A DNA stretch of 64,000 nt from Microbotryum violaceum (Eukaryota). A model generated the notes under the pieces. That model was not told the DNA's origin and ran no database searches. It was given only the letters and a program-made list of their open reading frames with translations. Below, piece after piece: positions 14,157 through 25,488 of the stretch. The DNA lies in assembly GCA_001244265.2 (NCBI GenBank), contig CDLV01000013.1, positions 186,001 through 250,000 of the forward strand, read 5' to 3'. The translations under genes were made by a program, and so were the position numbers. The number at the start of each line of letters is the position of its first letter. Position 1 is the first letter of the stretch.

Positions 14157-15031
14157 ATGAACAATGTCATGATCCCCAAGGACGAGCAGTCCGCCCAGGA
14201 TCTGGAGTTCATGGATCAAGCCATTGTCATGGTACGTACACCTTGTCGCTATGTGGTGCTCGAGCTTCGCACGCACCGACCTCTTCCCCACCTTGCCTCA
14301 CTAATTATCTCATCGGCCGCCTCCAGGCCGAGGAAGCGTTCAGCGTATCCGAAATCCCGGTCGGCTGCGTATTCGTCTACGACGACCGAATCATCGCGCG
14401 CGGTCGTAACCGTACGAACGAGCAACGCAACGGTACCTCCCACGCCGAATACGACGCCCTACGTACGATCCTCCCCTCGCTCAAGACCCAAACGGCGTTG
14501 GATATGACCCAGGTCACGCTTTACGTTACTGTCGAACCTTGCATCATGTGCGCGAGCGCGTTGAGACAAGTTGGGATCGGCAGGGTCGTGTATGGCTGTT
14601 CGAATGACAAGTTTGGCGGCACCGGTGGGGTTGCGGATATTCATAACGAGTTTGAGTTATGGCATCGAAACGACTGAATGATGTGAATCGTATCGAGCTG
14701 ACCCACCCCCCACCCTCCACGAATTTTTTCCCACCAGTCCTCGGTTGATTTACGCTCCGCCGTACGAAGCCGTCGGCGGTTACCGAAGAGAAGAGGCGAT
14801 CATGCTCCTGCGGCGATTCTACATATCAGAAAACACAGCAGGTGAGGCACTTCGTCCAGCTCGAGTGTTCCCGATGAGCCGATAAGCTGACTCTAACCCA
14901 CGACCTCGGTTAATCCAGCGCCCAATCCAAAGAAGAAGTCGAATCGAGTGCTCAAGCACGTCATTGACGAGATCCCCACTCCAACAAGTAGGACACAATC
15001 TCCAGCTGGTTCCGATTCAGGTGCGAGGTAG
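14157..15031 (+). CDS. TAD2: tRNA adenosine-34 deaminase catalytic subunit
   Basis: FMDQAIVM|AEEA..EIPVGCVFV, zinc-deaminase motifs HAE and VEPCIMCASAL, GCSNDKFGGTG, EAIMLLRRFY..EN..AP.PK. Four exons, stop TAG at 15029-15031. Confidence 0.93.
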
Positions 15032-15423
15032 CCACTAGGGTACTACAGCGAGTGCTGCGACTCGATGCGGCAGCGAGAAGGGAAGCAATCTGAATCAGTT
15101 CGAACAGATGGTGTTCTCTTTAACGGTATACTGAGGGTATTCATTTAGGTAGATGGTTATGTTTATGTAACAAGGGTGTATTTGGATCGAGAAATGAGAT
15201 GAGTGATGATTTCACGGGCCGAACTTTGAACGTGAGCACGTCCAATGGGGGACCAATATCTAGGACAGGTGCGAGAACGAACCCAGAAATAAGAAACAGG
15301 GCAACAGCATGAAGATAATGCAAATGGAATGCGAGGCTCTAAGGTGAGAAAACATGGGGTTCTACTGGACCTCAAAGGTTCCATTAAGCTCCGGACGGCC
15401 AGACCCAAGGGTCAGTGGCGTCA

Positions 15424-18328
15424 TCAAGCGAACACACCAACGAAAGAAATCACGTCCCCCTGCATATTCTTCAACGGACTCAGATGAAGCGTACCCTCAA
15501 CTTTCGGACCCCTGAACGAAAGTGCGCATCTCAACGAGCCAGAAACACCTTCTTCGATCGTTGTCTTGATTCGTTGGCGTATCCTCTTTTGGTCTGGCTC
15601 GTGGACTGTCGGTTTGACGAGGTTGAGGAGGTCGAGGTGGACGAGTTTGGAGGTGTCGACGTCTTGGAGGGAGGCACCGGGTAGGCCGAGGTAACGGAGG
15701 AAGCCAGAGGTGACGAAGAGGATCTTGCGATCTGTTTTGAGAGCCGCAAGTGGCGGTCAGTAATGTTTTCGGGGCGGGAAATGTGAAAGGTCACGAAGGA
15801 AAGCGCTCACTATCAGCTCGCAAAATGACGACTCGTTCGTACGTCATCTGGAAATCCAACAACTTCTTCTCGATCGGTGCGGCCCCATGTTCTATCGAAG
15901 GATCGACACCTGGTTGTTTGAATCGAACATCCTTGACGGACGCCGCACGCTTCCGAGGAATTGGCCTCGAAGGCGGGCTCACGGTTGACGTTCGGGATTG
16001 AATAGGAGCGAGGATAAGCGGTGCGGGGACCTGTCGCTGTTCTTTCTTGCTCTTTGATGAACCCGATCCTTCGGTTCCTTTGGAACGACTGAACAAGGAG
16101 AGGAAGCTAGGGCGTTTGGTGACGGCGGGTTGCGCAGAGCCACTCATCATGTCCTCGCACGACATCATTGTCGAAAGCGCAGCGGGCTCAACGGTCGAGT
16201 ACCTCCTTCTCGGCGATGGCTTGAATGTTGGGATGGTCGTGCTCGGCGATTTGGGGGCCATAGACTCCTTAGGACTCAGGGCGGAGGGTTCAATTCCGCC
16301 TTGTTCGCGAAAGATGTTGGACTCGACAGCGTCGGTATAGGACCCCGGGTCAATGACCGGTCCACCTTCCGTATCATCGGACGACAAGACGAACGACAAA
16401 TCCTCTCCCGAGCCAGCGGCGATCGCACCGGTCAAATTCGTTTGCCCTCCAATGAAGTACATTAATTCCCCCGCCGCATCCCGAAGGGGCAAGATGCACA
16501 ATAGGTTCCAGAACGGGGCCCCCGAAGCGGTGTAGTTGAGCAAGAGTTGCGTAATCGGTTCCTCCTTGTCGATGGCGGTACGGATCGCTTGAACGCTCTC
16601 CGGTGCCGTCGCTTGACCTTGTAAGAAACGACAGTTACGGCCGATGATTTGATGCGCGGCGTAGCCCGTCAAGGCGCAGAAAGCCGGTGATGCGAGGACG
16701 ATAGGGGCGTCTGGTAGACGGGGGTTTGTGAGGCAAAAGACGTCTCCGAGACCGCTGCGTTCGTCGTTCGTGAGCTCGTATTTTGAGAGCTGAGCACGCG
16801 TGTGTTGCAAGAGGCGGTGTCGGATGAAACCCTGTTTGTGTCGGAAATGACAGAGGCTCAGCTTTCAGAAGCTGGCTATGCTGACAGTTCTGACTTCGAA
16901 CCTACATGGAATTCATTCGCGTACAACGTGTTAAGCAAATGTCGACTCGGCTTCTCCAACCCTAACCCGACGACCGAAAGCGCCGTCAACTGTTCTCCCG
17001 TGTCCCTCGCGAAACTCGGAGCGAATGGAGCGATTGTGGCGTTCTCTAGCGCAAAATGCACCTCTTGAATCGCCTTGGCGGCCATCGCGCTTCGACTCGT
17101 TGTCGATTTCAACGTATCAAGATCCTTCCATAGTTCGAGAGCATGAACGGCAGCAGTGGGTCCTCCAGTTCGAGAGAGGTAGTTGTGGAACTGGGCAAAG
17201 CCCGCAGGTGTTGCGAGGAAGGCATCGAACGTATTGCGAGACAGGAGGCGCGCGAGTGAAAACGCCAACGAAGCCTGCAAAGGCGACAGCGCCGCGGGGG
17301 GGAACGGATGCGAAGATCTACCTTTCCACGGGTCCGAAAGGTTCAGAGGTCGTTCGGGAAGATGCGAGAAACGTATCGAGCTCGAGACCGAGACGATCGA
17401 ATGCGCGTAGGCCGGTGCGCCGATGCCGACGGTCGGGGCCAAGCCTGGCTGAACGTCGGCGACGGGTGAATATTCGTCCCGGAAGGTCCTCTCCGCCAAC
17501 GTGGCAAGTACGCTCTCCTTGTCGAATGAATCGAAGGAGGTAGGTGCGGTAGACGGTGAATTCAAGTCGGTGACCGTGCAGGTACCGTGGGCCCCGTCGT
17601 GCAGAGCATGGTCCTCGTCGCCGCTCGAGTCGCCTTCAGTCAATTCTGGTCCGAGCAAACGTGGCCGTAAGGGGTCCAAACTGGTCAGCTCAATAGCTCT
17701 GCCTTCTACCCAAGACATGGAAAATCGTGAAGCCCGACTGGAGCTAGTCTCATGAAAAGTCCCGAGTGCATCCCGTCGGACCGAAAAGACCGAAGGGGCC
17801 TCCTTGCCAAGTCTCACTACGAGCACGCCTAAAGAGGCTCGAGGGCTCGGGGACTCACTAGCGTTTGCGCTTGCTCCCCCCACTATGAGTGCTGGCCCTG
17901 ATGACGGTGCCGCCGCACGTGACGAACCATTCGCCCGTAAAGATGGATCCATGACATCGTTCGCTTTCGGACTTGAAGGATCATTCTGCAGCGCATCGCG
18001 ACTACTTGATCGTATCCGCAAGGTCAAGGCCGGCATCGATGAATACGCCGACGGGTCGAGGCCCGATGGCTTGGCCGGGCCTCGATTGCCTGCTGCCGGG
18101 GCCGAAGATGATGGCGCATCGTATCTGCGCGATTCGATTCGGAGATTGACGTCAAAAAAACCGCGTCGGTCACTCAGGAAGGTTCTTTGAAAAGCCAGGA
18201 CCACAGGAAATGACTCTGGGCGGACCGAACGGATGGACTCACGAGTGGGCGCTGTGGAAAGAACGTGGAGTCGTCGGTACTTCCGGCAGAGGCCCTGCAG
18301 GCGCGGGGAGAGGGGCCCAAGAACTCAT
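15424..18328 (-). CDS. RGS-LOV-PAS/DUF blue-light photoreceptor (BcLOV4-like architecture)
   Basis: Exons 18328-18243, 18184-16906, 16831-15811 and 15731-15424 with consistent phases. RGS-like region (FDAFLATPAGFAQFHNYL...LELWKDL), LOV domain with GRNCRFLQG (~16617-16643), and C-terminal PAS-like domain ending GTLHLSPLKNMQGDVISFVGVFA*. Confidence 0.88.
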
Positions 18329-18942
18329 CTCGGACCTCGGAGATCGGCTGACGGTATCGGAGATCTGGGTGTCGACTTCAAATCGGTTGGACCAGGAGAG
18401 CACTCGATGTGCAGAGTGGGAGTTGGAGAGGTGAAGATGCAAGGAAGGGGGCAGACCAACGTACTTGGCAGCGGAAACGTGGCAGGAGCCCCAATAAGTG
18501 GATTCAATCCGAAGAGTCCGCTTCCGTTTTGCTCGCTGGATGAAGAGGAGATGGCCAAAAGCGAAAATTGCAAGGAGGCCCCGACTTTTGTCCAGCCGCT
18601 GAAACAGCCCTAAGCAGACCGAAACGTTCTATTGCGTCGCAGTCGCACTCGAAACAAGCGTATTCAATTCAGGCGATTTTGGTGCTGATGCACATCAAAC
18701 AGCTCGGCCTAGATCTAGAAATCAGAGCGCCGAACGTTGAAGGATCGGACTTCAATATAGTGGTGAGCAGGGCCACCTCAGATCAGGTTTGTCTCCCCAG
18801 GGTGTAAGGTGTGAGCCTGGGCCTGCACTGCAGCTGAGAAGCATATTTTGAACTCTGGTGAAGGCTTGCTTCGGCGGCGTCAAACCCTGCCTAATTCGGC
18901 GCAAAACTCAAGGGCTCGATTCGCGGGCGCGATCGCCCTCAA

Positions 18943-19320
18943 AGACGATCGCGTAGGCCGGTGCGCCGATGCCGACGGGTGAATATTCGTCCCGGAAGGT
19001 CCTCTCCGCCAACGTGGCAAGTACGCTCTCCTTGTCGAATGAATCGAAGGAGGTAGGTGCGGTAGATGGTGAATTCAAGTCGGTGACCGTGCAGGTACCG
19101 TGGGCCCCGTCGTGCAGAGCATGGTCCTCGTCGCCGCTCGAGTCGCCTTCACTGCCAATTCTGGTCCGAGCAAACGTGGCCGTAAGGGGTCCAAACTGGT
19201 CAGCTCAAAGGCTCTGCCTTCTACTCAAGAATGAGAAATCGTAAAGCCCGACTGGTTGGATTGTCTGGAGCTAGTCTCAAAAGTCCGAGTGCATCTCGTA
19301 CCGACAAAACCGAAGGGGGC
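18943..19320 (-). pseudogene. Degenerate direct-orientation duplicate of part of RGS-LOV exon 2 (source ~17391-17799)
   Basis: Near-identical to 17391-17799, with 6-nt and 33-nt deletions, a +2 indel, a 13-nt insertion and increasing divergence towards 19320. Confidence 0.92.
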
Positions 19321-19337
19321 GGGGCAGGCGAAGTACC

Positions 19338-20110
19338 CCATGGTCAATTATGAACCGCAGCGTGTAAGCAATGTTGCTTTCGTAGGTCATCACCGCTTCA
19401 GCCGTGACCAGTTCCTGAAAGTTAACCTCGCCACGCTCGAACGCGCCTCGGACCTTAGGGTACGCTCGCAGGTCGCTGATGGTGATCTTGATGAAGGGCA
19501 CGGTGCCATCACCCTTGTATCCCCATAAAGAGCGCTTGTGTGCGACTTTGATCGAGTGAACCGGGTTCGAATCGCCAGGGATCATGGCCTATTGAATTTG
19601 TTTGAGCTTGTTCGAGTTGAGCGTCCGAAAACAGATGCACGGTCGGACAAAGGACTTACATTGAGGTGACCCAATCAACGGGGCACAAAGGTCATTCACA
19701 AAGCCCTTTGGCGCAGCAATCCAAAAATAAGGCATGAAACCCGTGATATGCAGCAACACAAAATGCCCAGCCTGCTCGTGGTCATCTCGTAGTGATGAGC
19801 TCTAGCGAATACGATTCTGCTAGGAGAGTGCGACGACGTACCTGTGTTACACCAAATGCACGAATCTGCGGGACCGTCCCGGGCACCACGTGTTCTTCGA
19901 GCTCGATCTGCTGGAAAACTGTGATCCGATTCGGGGTCGATGTGTCAGCTTGGGTGGGCGGACTGGGCACAATTTGCAGAGCTTAAAGGACGAACTCAGA
20001 GCCATGATCTCTCGTTGTGTTCGATACGCTGGAATGATCTACTACACAAGTGCACCTTGCGTGAATGGACATGATCGTGGGCCAAGATTTTAGGTCTTTT
20101 CCACTCGCGC
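19338..20110 (-). pseudogene. POL3: Truncated, frameshifted N-terminal fragment of the DNA polymerase delta catalytic subunit, introns retained
   Basis: EWKRP...|FQQIELEE...IRAFGVTQ|AGHFVLLHITGFMPYFWIAAP..|..HKRSLWGYKGD..PFIKITISD..PKVRGAFERGE..TYESNIAYTLRFIIDHG. Exon 19771-19660 is 112 nt between phase-0 junctions, so it carries a +1 frameshift. No polymerase domain follows. Confidence 0.88.
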
Positions 20111-22038
20111 GTGGATGCGATTGTCGTCTCGCATAGGTGTGCGTCCGAAATCAATTTCGGACAGGAGATGGTGCGCCGGCGCTGGGGCGGGGTGGGCACA
20201 CGGACCCAAACGCCCACCCGTCTCTCGGTTCCTGACCATCAACATTCGCCTACAAGTGCTCTCGACACAAAAAAAGTCAGACACTATGCCTCCCCACCCT
20301 TCTGACACCCCCGAACGCCCCAGACCTGCCCTGCAGGCTCTGGAACCATTCCTTCGCCTCCTGGCGATCTCCCACCGTCAGATCGAGAGCGTCGTCGCCG
20401 ATGCGCTCGGTCGATGCCTCGGGTTCTTGACGGGCGCGCAGTGGAAGGAGCTTGGCTTGAACCAAAACCGCTGGCGCGCGTTTTTCATGTCCATACTCCA
20501 CCTGCCCTAACCCCGCACCCAAGTCAGCAACCACCTCGAGCTCGTCGCCTCTCTCTCTTTTCTCCTTCCTTCTCCTCGTCGACGCGCTTTGCACTTCTCG
20601 CACCACTTAATCTTGCCGACATCGCCCCCCTTCTCAGGAGGGTACGAAACGGTGGCCTTTGTGGTGTGGTAGAGTCTGTCGTTCGATCCCTCCCACCGTC
20701 AAAAGTGTGAGTAACCACCTAGCTGTGATCGTGTTCGTGTGGCGTAGGGTCGGACTGACTCGTCTCGTGTTTACCCGTCTCGCGTCCATCTTTCACCACC
20801 CCACCTCCATCATCTTACCCCGCACGACCTCTCCCCTCTCCCCTCTCACTGCGATCTCTCGCTTCCTGTCTGTCACGGCGTCACGGCCCCATTAGCCTAT
20901 CCACTCGTCGACGAGTGTTGAATGGCGCCTACGGCATGTCACTGAGGTTGTTCCTGGTTTACAAGACCGCTTGCATTTGATCGTACCCTGTGAGTCTTTG
21001 CTTCGGCCCTTGATCGATCGATGGATCGATCGTGCTCGCCGGCCCTTGCAGTGACGACGGGCGAGGCGGGGCTGACGATTCGATCCTCGCCTACACTCTC
21101 CAGACAAGCAGCCTCGGAACCTCCACTGCGTTCCCGAATCGACCGGTCTCACCTGCTCGGATCGAAGGGGGTTCACGGTACCCCTAACATCAGTGAGTAG
21201 CATGTACCCTAATCCTATGGTACCAGGTAGCTTACTTCCGGTGTACGCGTCAACCTCCAGCTGCACACGGTCTTCAAGCCATATCCACCTCGGTCGACAA
21301 GGTCCCCTTCTGTTTCTGTTAATTTCGAATTGGTTACACCTCGGAACTCTATGTTGGCGGTGCTAAGTGGCAGGCGACTTGTCCTTGTTTAGCCTAGCCA
21401 GATCCAACTCCTACATTGAGCCTCCCTCGTGAACCCTTTCCGTGTTTTGTAGTTTTTGAGTGCACGTATCGAGGTGCGCATGCACCACGGATTTGAAATT
21501 CGACAATCAGCAAGTCTTTGGGGGTTCAGGCGATCGATCCGTGTGGTTCACTTTCGTTCGATCGGTTTGTATCGTACGGGTTTGCGCCAAAAAAAAAGAA
21601 GATACGATGCGTATTACGCATACGCATGGATCGGGCGTTCTCAAGGGTTCAAATCTTCTAGCCGGCGCAAAAGACATACTAGAGCCATAGAATGAGGCGA
21701 GGTTGAGCGTGCACTCCTACAACCACCAACGCACATACAAATAGCTTTGCAAAACGACACCGAATTCAAGAGTCGAACTGCCCGATGCAGGCTCGGAGGG
21801 GCTCGGTGTTGACACCGCCTCTCTCGGGGTATCGTCTCCACATTTCTAAGCCCGTCGACAGCATGTATCCCCATTTAAAACTCCGTGTGATGCTCACTCT
21901 AAAGCCTCCAAGCCTTCACATGTGTTGGTCTCGCTCTCGATCGTCTTGCTCGCGACTGCGCCCGCCCCAGAGACATGAACGAATCACTTGTAATACAGAT
22001 TGACTAGGACGTCCTTCCATCCCAGCTCCGGCTAGCGT

Positions 22039-22679
22039 CTACTCGTCATCCTCTGCCCCCTTTGCAGCAGCAGCAGCTGCTCGTTCACTCGGTTTTTGGG
22101 CCATCGGTCCCCATCGTGCGATCGGGTCGTCCTTCTTGGCGCCGAGCACGTCCCATTTCAACTGTTGATTGATTCGAGTGAAGAGCAAGATACGTTCGGG
22201 TCAGTCTGAGGAAGAAAAAGGGGAAGGTTGAAGGTGTACGTACATCTGTTCGGAGAGCGAGGGCGTAAATGCCGACGGGGACGAGCACGCCCCAGATCAA
22301 CGAGAGGCGTGTGGTGCGGTTCGTGAAACGAAAGTGACGCCAGACGTTCTCTCGCTGTGTTTCCAGGAGGAAGAAGAAGGACCTGTCAGCTCGAGGTGTG
22401 CCAAGCAGGGCGCGACTAGCTCGCGAGCGCACGAACAACAGCTCGACTAGAACGTACCATGTAAGCCCATGACTCGACTGCGGGGTCGATCTAACTCAAA
22501 GCATAGTTGGGGTGAGTACAAGGTGTGTTGGACGAGACGTGGTGCACGTGCCAAGGCGACAGGAGGTGTTTGTTACCTTGACCGGTTCTGAGCACGGCCA
22601 CAAGAGAAGGCATGTCAGTACACTGGGAGCTGCAATCCCATCCGCACGACTTACGGTATCCGTGTCCACCGCCGGCCAT
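22039..22679 (-). CDS. NDUFB4: NADH:ubiquinone oxidoreductase accessory subunit B15 (NDUFB4/NB5M family)
   Basis: Spliced product MAGGGHGY|QPVK|IDPAVESWAYM|RENVWRHFRFTNRTTRLSLIWGVLVPVGIYALALRTD|LKWDVLGAKKDDPI...DDE*. The DPA.E.W..MREN...FRFT pattern plus one TM helix fits the family. Confidence 0.85.
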
Positions 22680-22881
22680 GATGATGTTGTATTGGTGTGA
22701 GTGGGTGAGGGGAGAGTGAGATGGTCAGAAATGCGCCAGAGCGGCAGAGCGCGCCACCAGCTAGTCACCAGCCTTCACCAGCAATCTCCAGCAATCTGCT
22801 CAGCGCGCTCCGCCTAACCCCGCGGCGCTTTGACCCGGTCTGTCTGCTTCTTCCCCTACACACTCCCCACCTCTACTAACC

Positions 22882-23501
22882 ATGGCCATCCGACCCCTCG
22901 TTGGCACCCCCCTCGGTAAGCCAGCACTCCCCCTTGATCGCGAAACACCAAGCTGACGCTCCCCCCTCCCAACACCCCGGAACACCCCCTAACACGCTCG
23001 TACTCGCCTCGCCCCACCCAGCTGGCTGCTGCACCGTCCTCTCCGTCCTCGGGATCGTCATCCTCTTGGCTTTGGGTCTCGCTTTCGATCATGGGGTCAG
23101 TTCATTTCGTTTAGCTCTTGACTGGTCTCTCCCGAGTTCCCTCACCAACGCTCCTCTTCGATCATCAACGGTGCTCGATCCTCCTCCTCACCGCCTCCCC
23201 ATCCAATCAAACCTCCACGCCTCGCTCCCAAACGGCCCAAACCTCTACAAACCTCAGGCTGATGTCTTAACCGGTTCAACCAAATCACCCAAAGACGCCC
23301 ACGCCGTAGCTCAACAATGTTACCGCGCCGCGATCGTCTACGCCGCGTTCGTCGGTTTCTGCGGATGTCAGGTCAGTTTTAATTGATCGGACCGTCCTCA
23401 AATTGCCGGTCCTATTGGTCTTGATTTTCTCCAACTCGGTTTTTTCAATTAACTAGATCGGTATGAACGCGAGGCACGCAAGAGGAGCGGTTAGGATTTG
23501 A
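22882..23501 (+). CDS. V-ATPase V0 subunit f / RNASEK-family small two-TM protein
   Basis: Spliced product MAIRPLVGTP|..GCCTVLSVLGIVILLALGLAFDHG|ADVLTGSTKSPKDAHAVAQQCYRAAIVYAAFVGFCGCQ|IGMNARHARGAVRI*. Resembles yeast YPR170W-B (CCTVLS..G.VIL; AA.VY..F..FCG.Q). Confidence 0.82.
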
Positions 23502-23597
23502 ACGACTGCGGTGACCACATACGCGCCACTGCGGAGAGATATAGATATGTAGCAACCCATCACTGTAATAATACGTTCTGCGATCTACCAAGATCGT

Positions 23598-25028
23598 TCA
23601 TTCGAAACTCAACAGAGTTATCTTCCGAGCAGTAGCGATCGACGTAACGGGCATTAGATATGAACATTGCATCAACGCATCCGAGAACTCGTCGCTACAA
23701 ACATGAACAAGAACGGAAAAAACCACTTGGAACGATGGGATGTACCTTTTATCATATACTCCAAAAATGCCAACATCCAAAGCGAAGCCCCGTCGCCGAG
23801 TCCGATTCGGTCGACGGAACGACGACTTTAGAGATGTTGGATGAGCTTTCATGAGTGCGGGTGCGATCCAACGTTGTTGCGATTGCTGCCCTCGGAACGA
23901 CCGTGGTGGTGAGTGCCGAACACGAGACCGTGCATCTCGGCGTAGTACGACTGCGATCGGGTCAAGGTTTTTCGGTGAGCTTTTCCAACCTCGACTCGGC
24001 CGGACAGTTAATCAGGCGATATTAGATGTGTCACTTACCTTGAGGCCCTCGACGGTATTGTCCTCGTGGAGGAGATTTTGACCCAACCTCACCAAGGCGT
24101 AGATAGCGAGCACCCAGCCGAGCGCGCACAAGCTGAGAAAACCCGTCACGAACAAGGTGCCGATCAGGAGCGTGACTGAAAGTTCGCCGCGACCGGAATC
24201 AGCTACGATGACATAGTCTGGCCGAAGAGCGACGTGCAAGGTAGCTCACCCGCGGTACCAATGACGAAAGTGAGGATGGCGAGAGATATGATGAGAGCGG
24301 TTCCACCGACGGTGAGGATGGCGCCGAGCGAGAAGAGCACAAAGGTGACGATGGGGAAGAAGGACAGCGCAAAAAATACACCGAGCAGCGACTGTGATGA
24401 TTCATATAGATGTTAGTCGGTTGACCATACCTTGAAGTCAGGTCGTGCTGCGCCAGGACCCGATCGACCTGACCCAGCGAGCCGAGGCCACGAGGAGCGC
24501 GGTTGAGCGTGAAAGCCAGTTAAGACGCGACGAGACGCGTGACGACGAGCACACCGACGAAAGAGAAGGCAACTGACGGTCATGATGGGCCGTGCATGAG
24601 CCTGTGCCACGAGATACTCCTGCGCTGGATCTACATAGTGCTTCCTCGCACTGTCGGTCATCCCAAGTTCCCGAGCGTTGCAGTGGGTTGGGGCGATCGG
24701 CGGTGGAGCAGAGTGCAGTCAGCTTGTGTTCCGAGTGTGAGCAGCTTGTTGCCGACCAGACATCCAAGGACTTGCATCTCGACCTTCTCGTTCAGTACAA
24801 CTTGCACCTTTTGAACATCCTTCATCACCTGATCCTTGTCTGTGGGGGTGCGACCGAGGTCATTCGTAGCTCGGGCTCGGTCAGTCTCGCTCTCGCACCA
24901 CACCGTCGTCATCGCCAGTCCAAGCGACGAGCTCGAGACGTGCAGTGCAACTCACAAGGTTCAAGGTTGTCCGAAGAGGTGGGAGGCTTCTCGCTCTTAA
25001 TCGTTTGGGCAGTGTGTGAGTGGGACAT
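23598..25028 (-). CDS. Promethin/LDAF1-like hydrophobic-hairpin membrane protein (tentative), multi-exon
   Basis: Exons encode ...AQAHARPIMT|SLLGVFFALSFFPIVTFVLFSLGAILTVGGTALII...|VTLLIGTLFVTGFLSLCALGWVLAIYALVRLG, a long uninterrupted hydrophobic stretch. 3' end uncertain. Confidence 0.55.
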
Positions 25029-25488
25029 GGTCGTAGTAGAGTCGAGTTGGTGTTGTTGTTGACTGGGCGAGTGGACGTGAGGTGGTAAGGACGTGTGGAG
25101 AGAGCGATGCGTGCGGGGGAAAGGCAAAGTTGTGCTCCTGCCGAGCCGATCGAGTCGAACCCGGCGGGGGCTAAATTTGCAAATATCCCTCAGGGCGATT
25201 TATCATGGAACAGAGGGTTCATCTAATTTAAAATCACCACCTCGCACGTTCAAATGCTTAGCCAAATTCTCCCGCTGCTCCCGTCTTTCATAGGTCATCG
25301 GTCAGCGCGTAGCACAACGACCTCGCTCCTGTCCCTCGATCACCTTCCCTTGCTCACATTGTTCCGCTGAGAAGAGGGTCGCACCAACCATAAATAGCAT
25401 GCTACGGATAGAATAAATAAACAACAAGAGCTACATCAACCCACATGAACACATCTTGCCAAGGCCCCGCCCAAGGCTTATAGTACGC

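Noticed and set aside
17795-18582. 13-bp inverted match GGGGCCTCCTTGC (17795-807)/GCAAGGAGGCCCC (18570-82)
   Set aside because: Short, one arm is in coding sequence, and there is no TSD. It lies at the duplication breakpoint but chance cannot be excluded.
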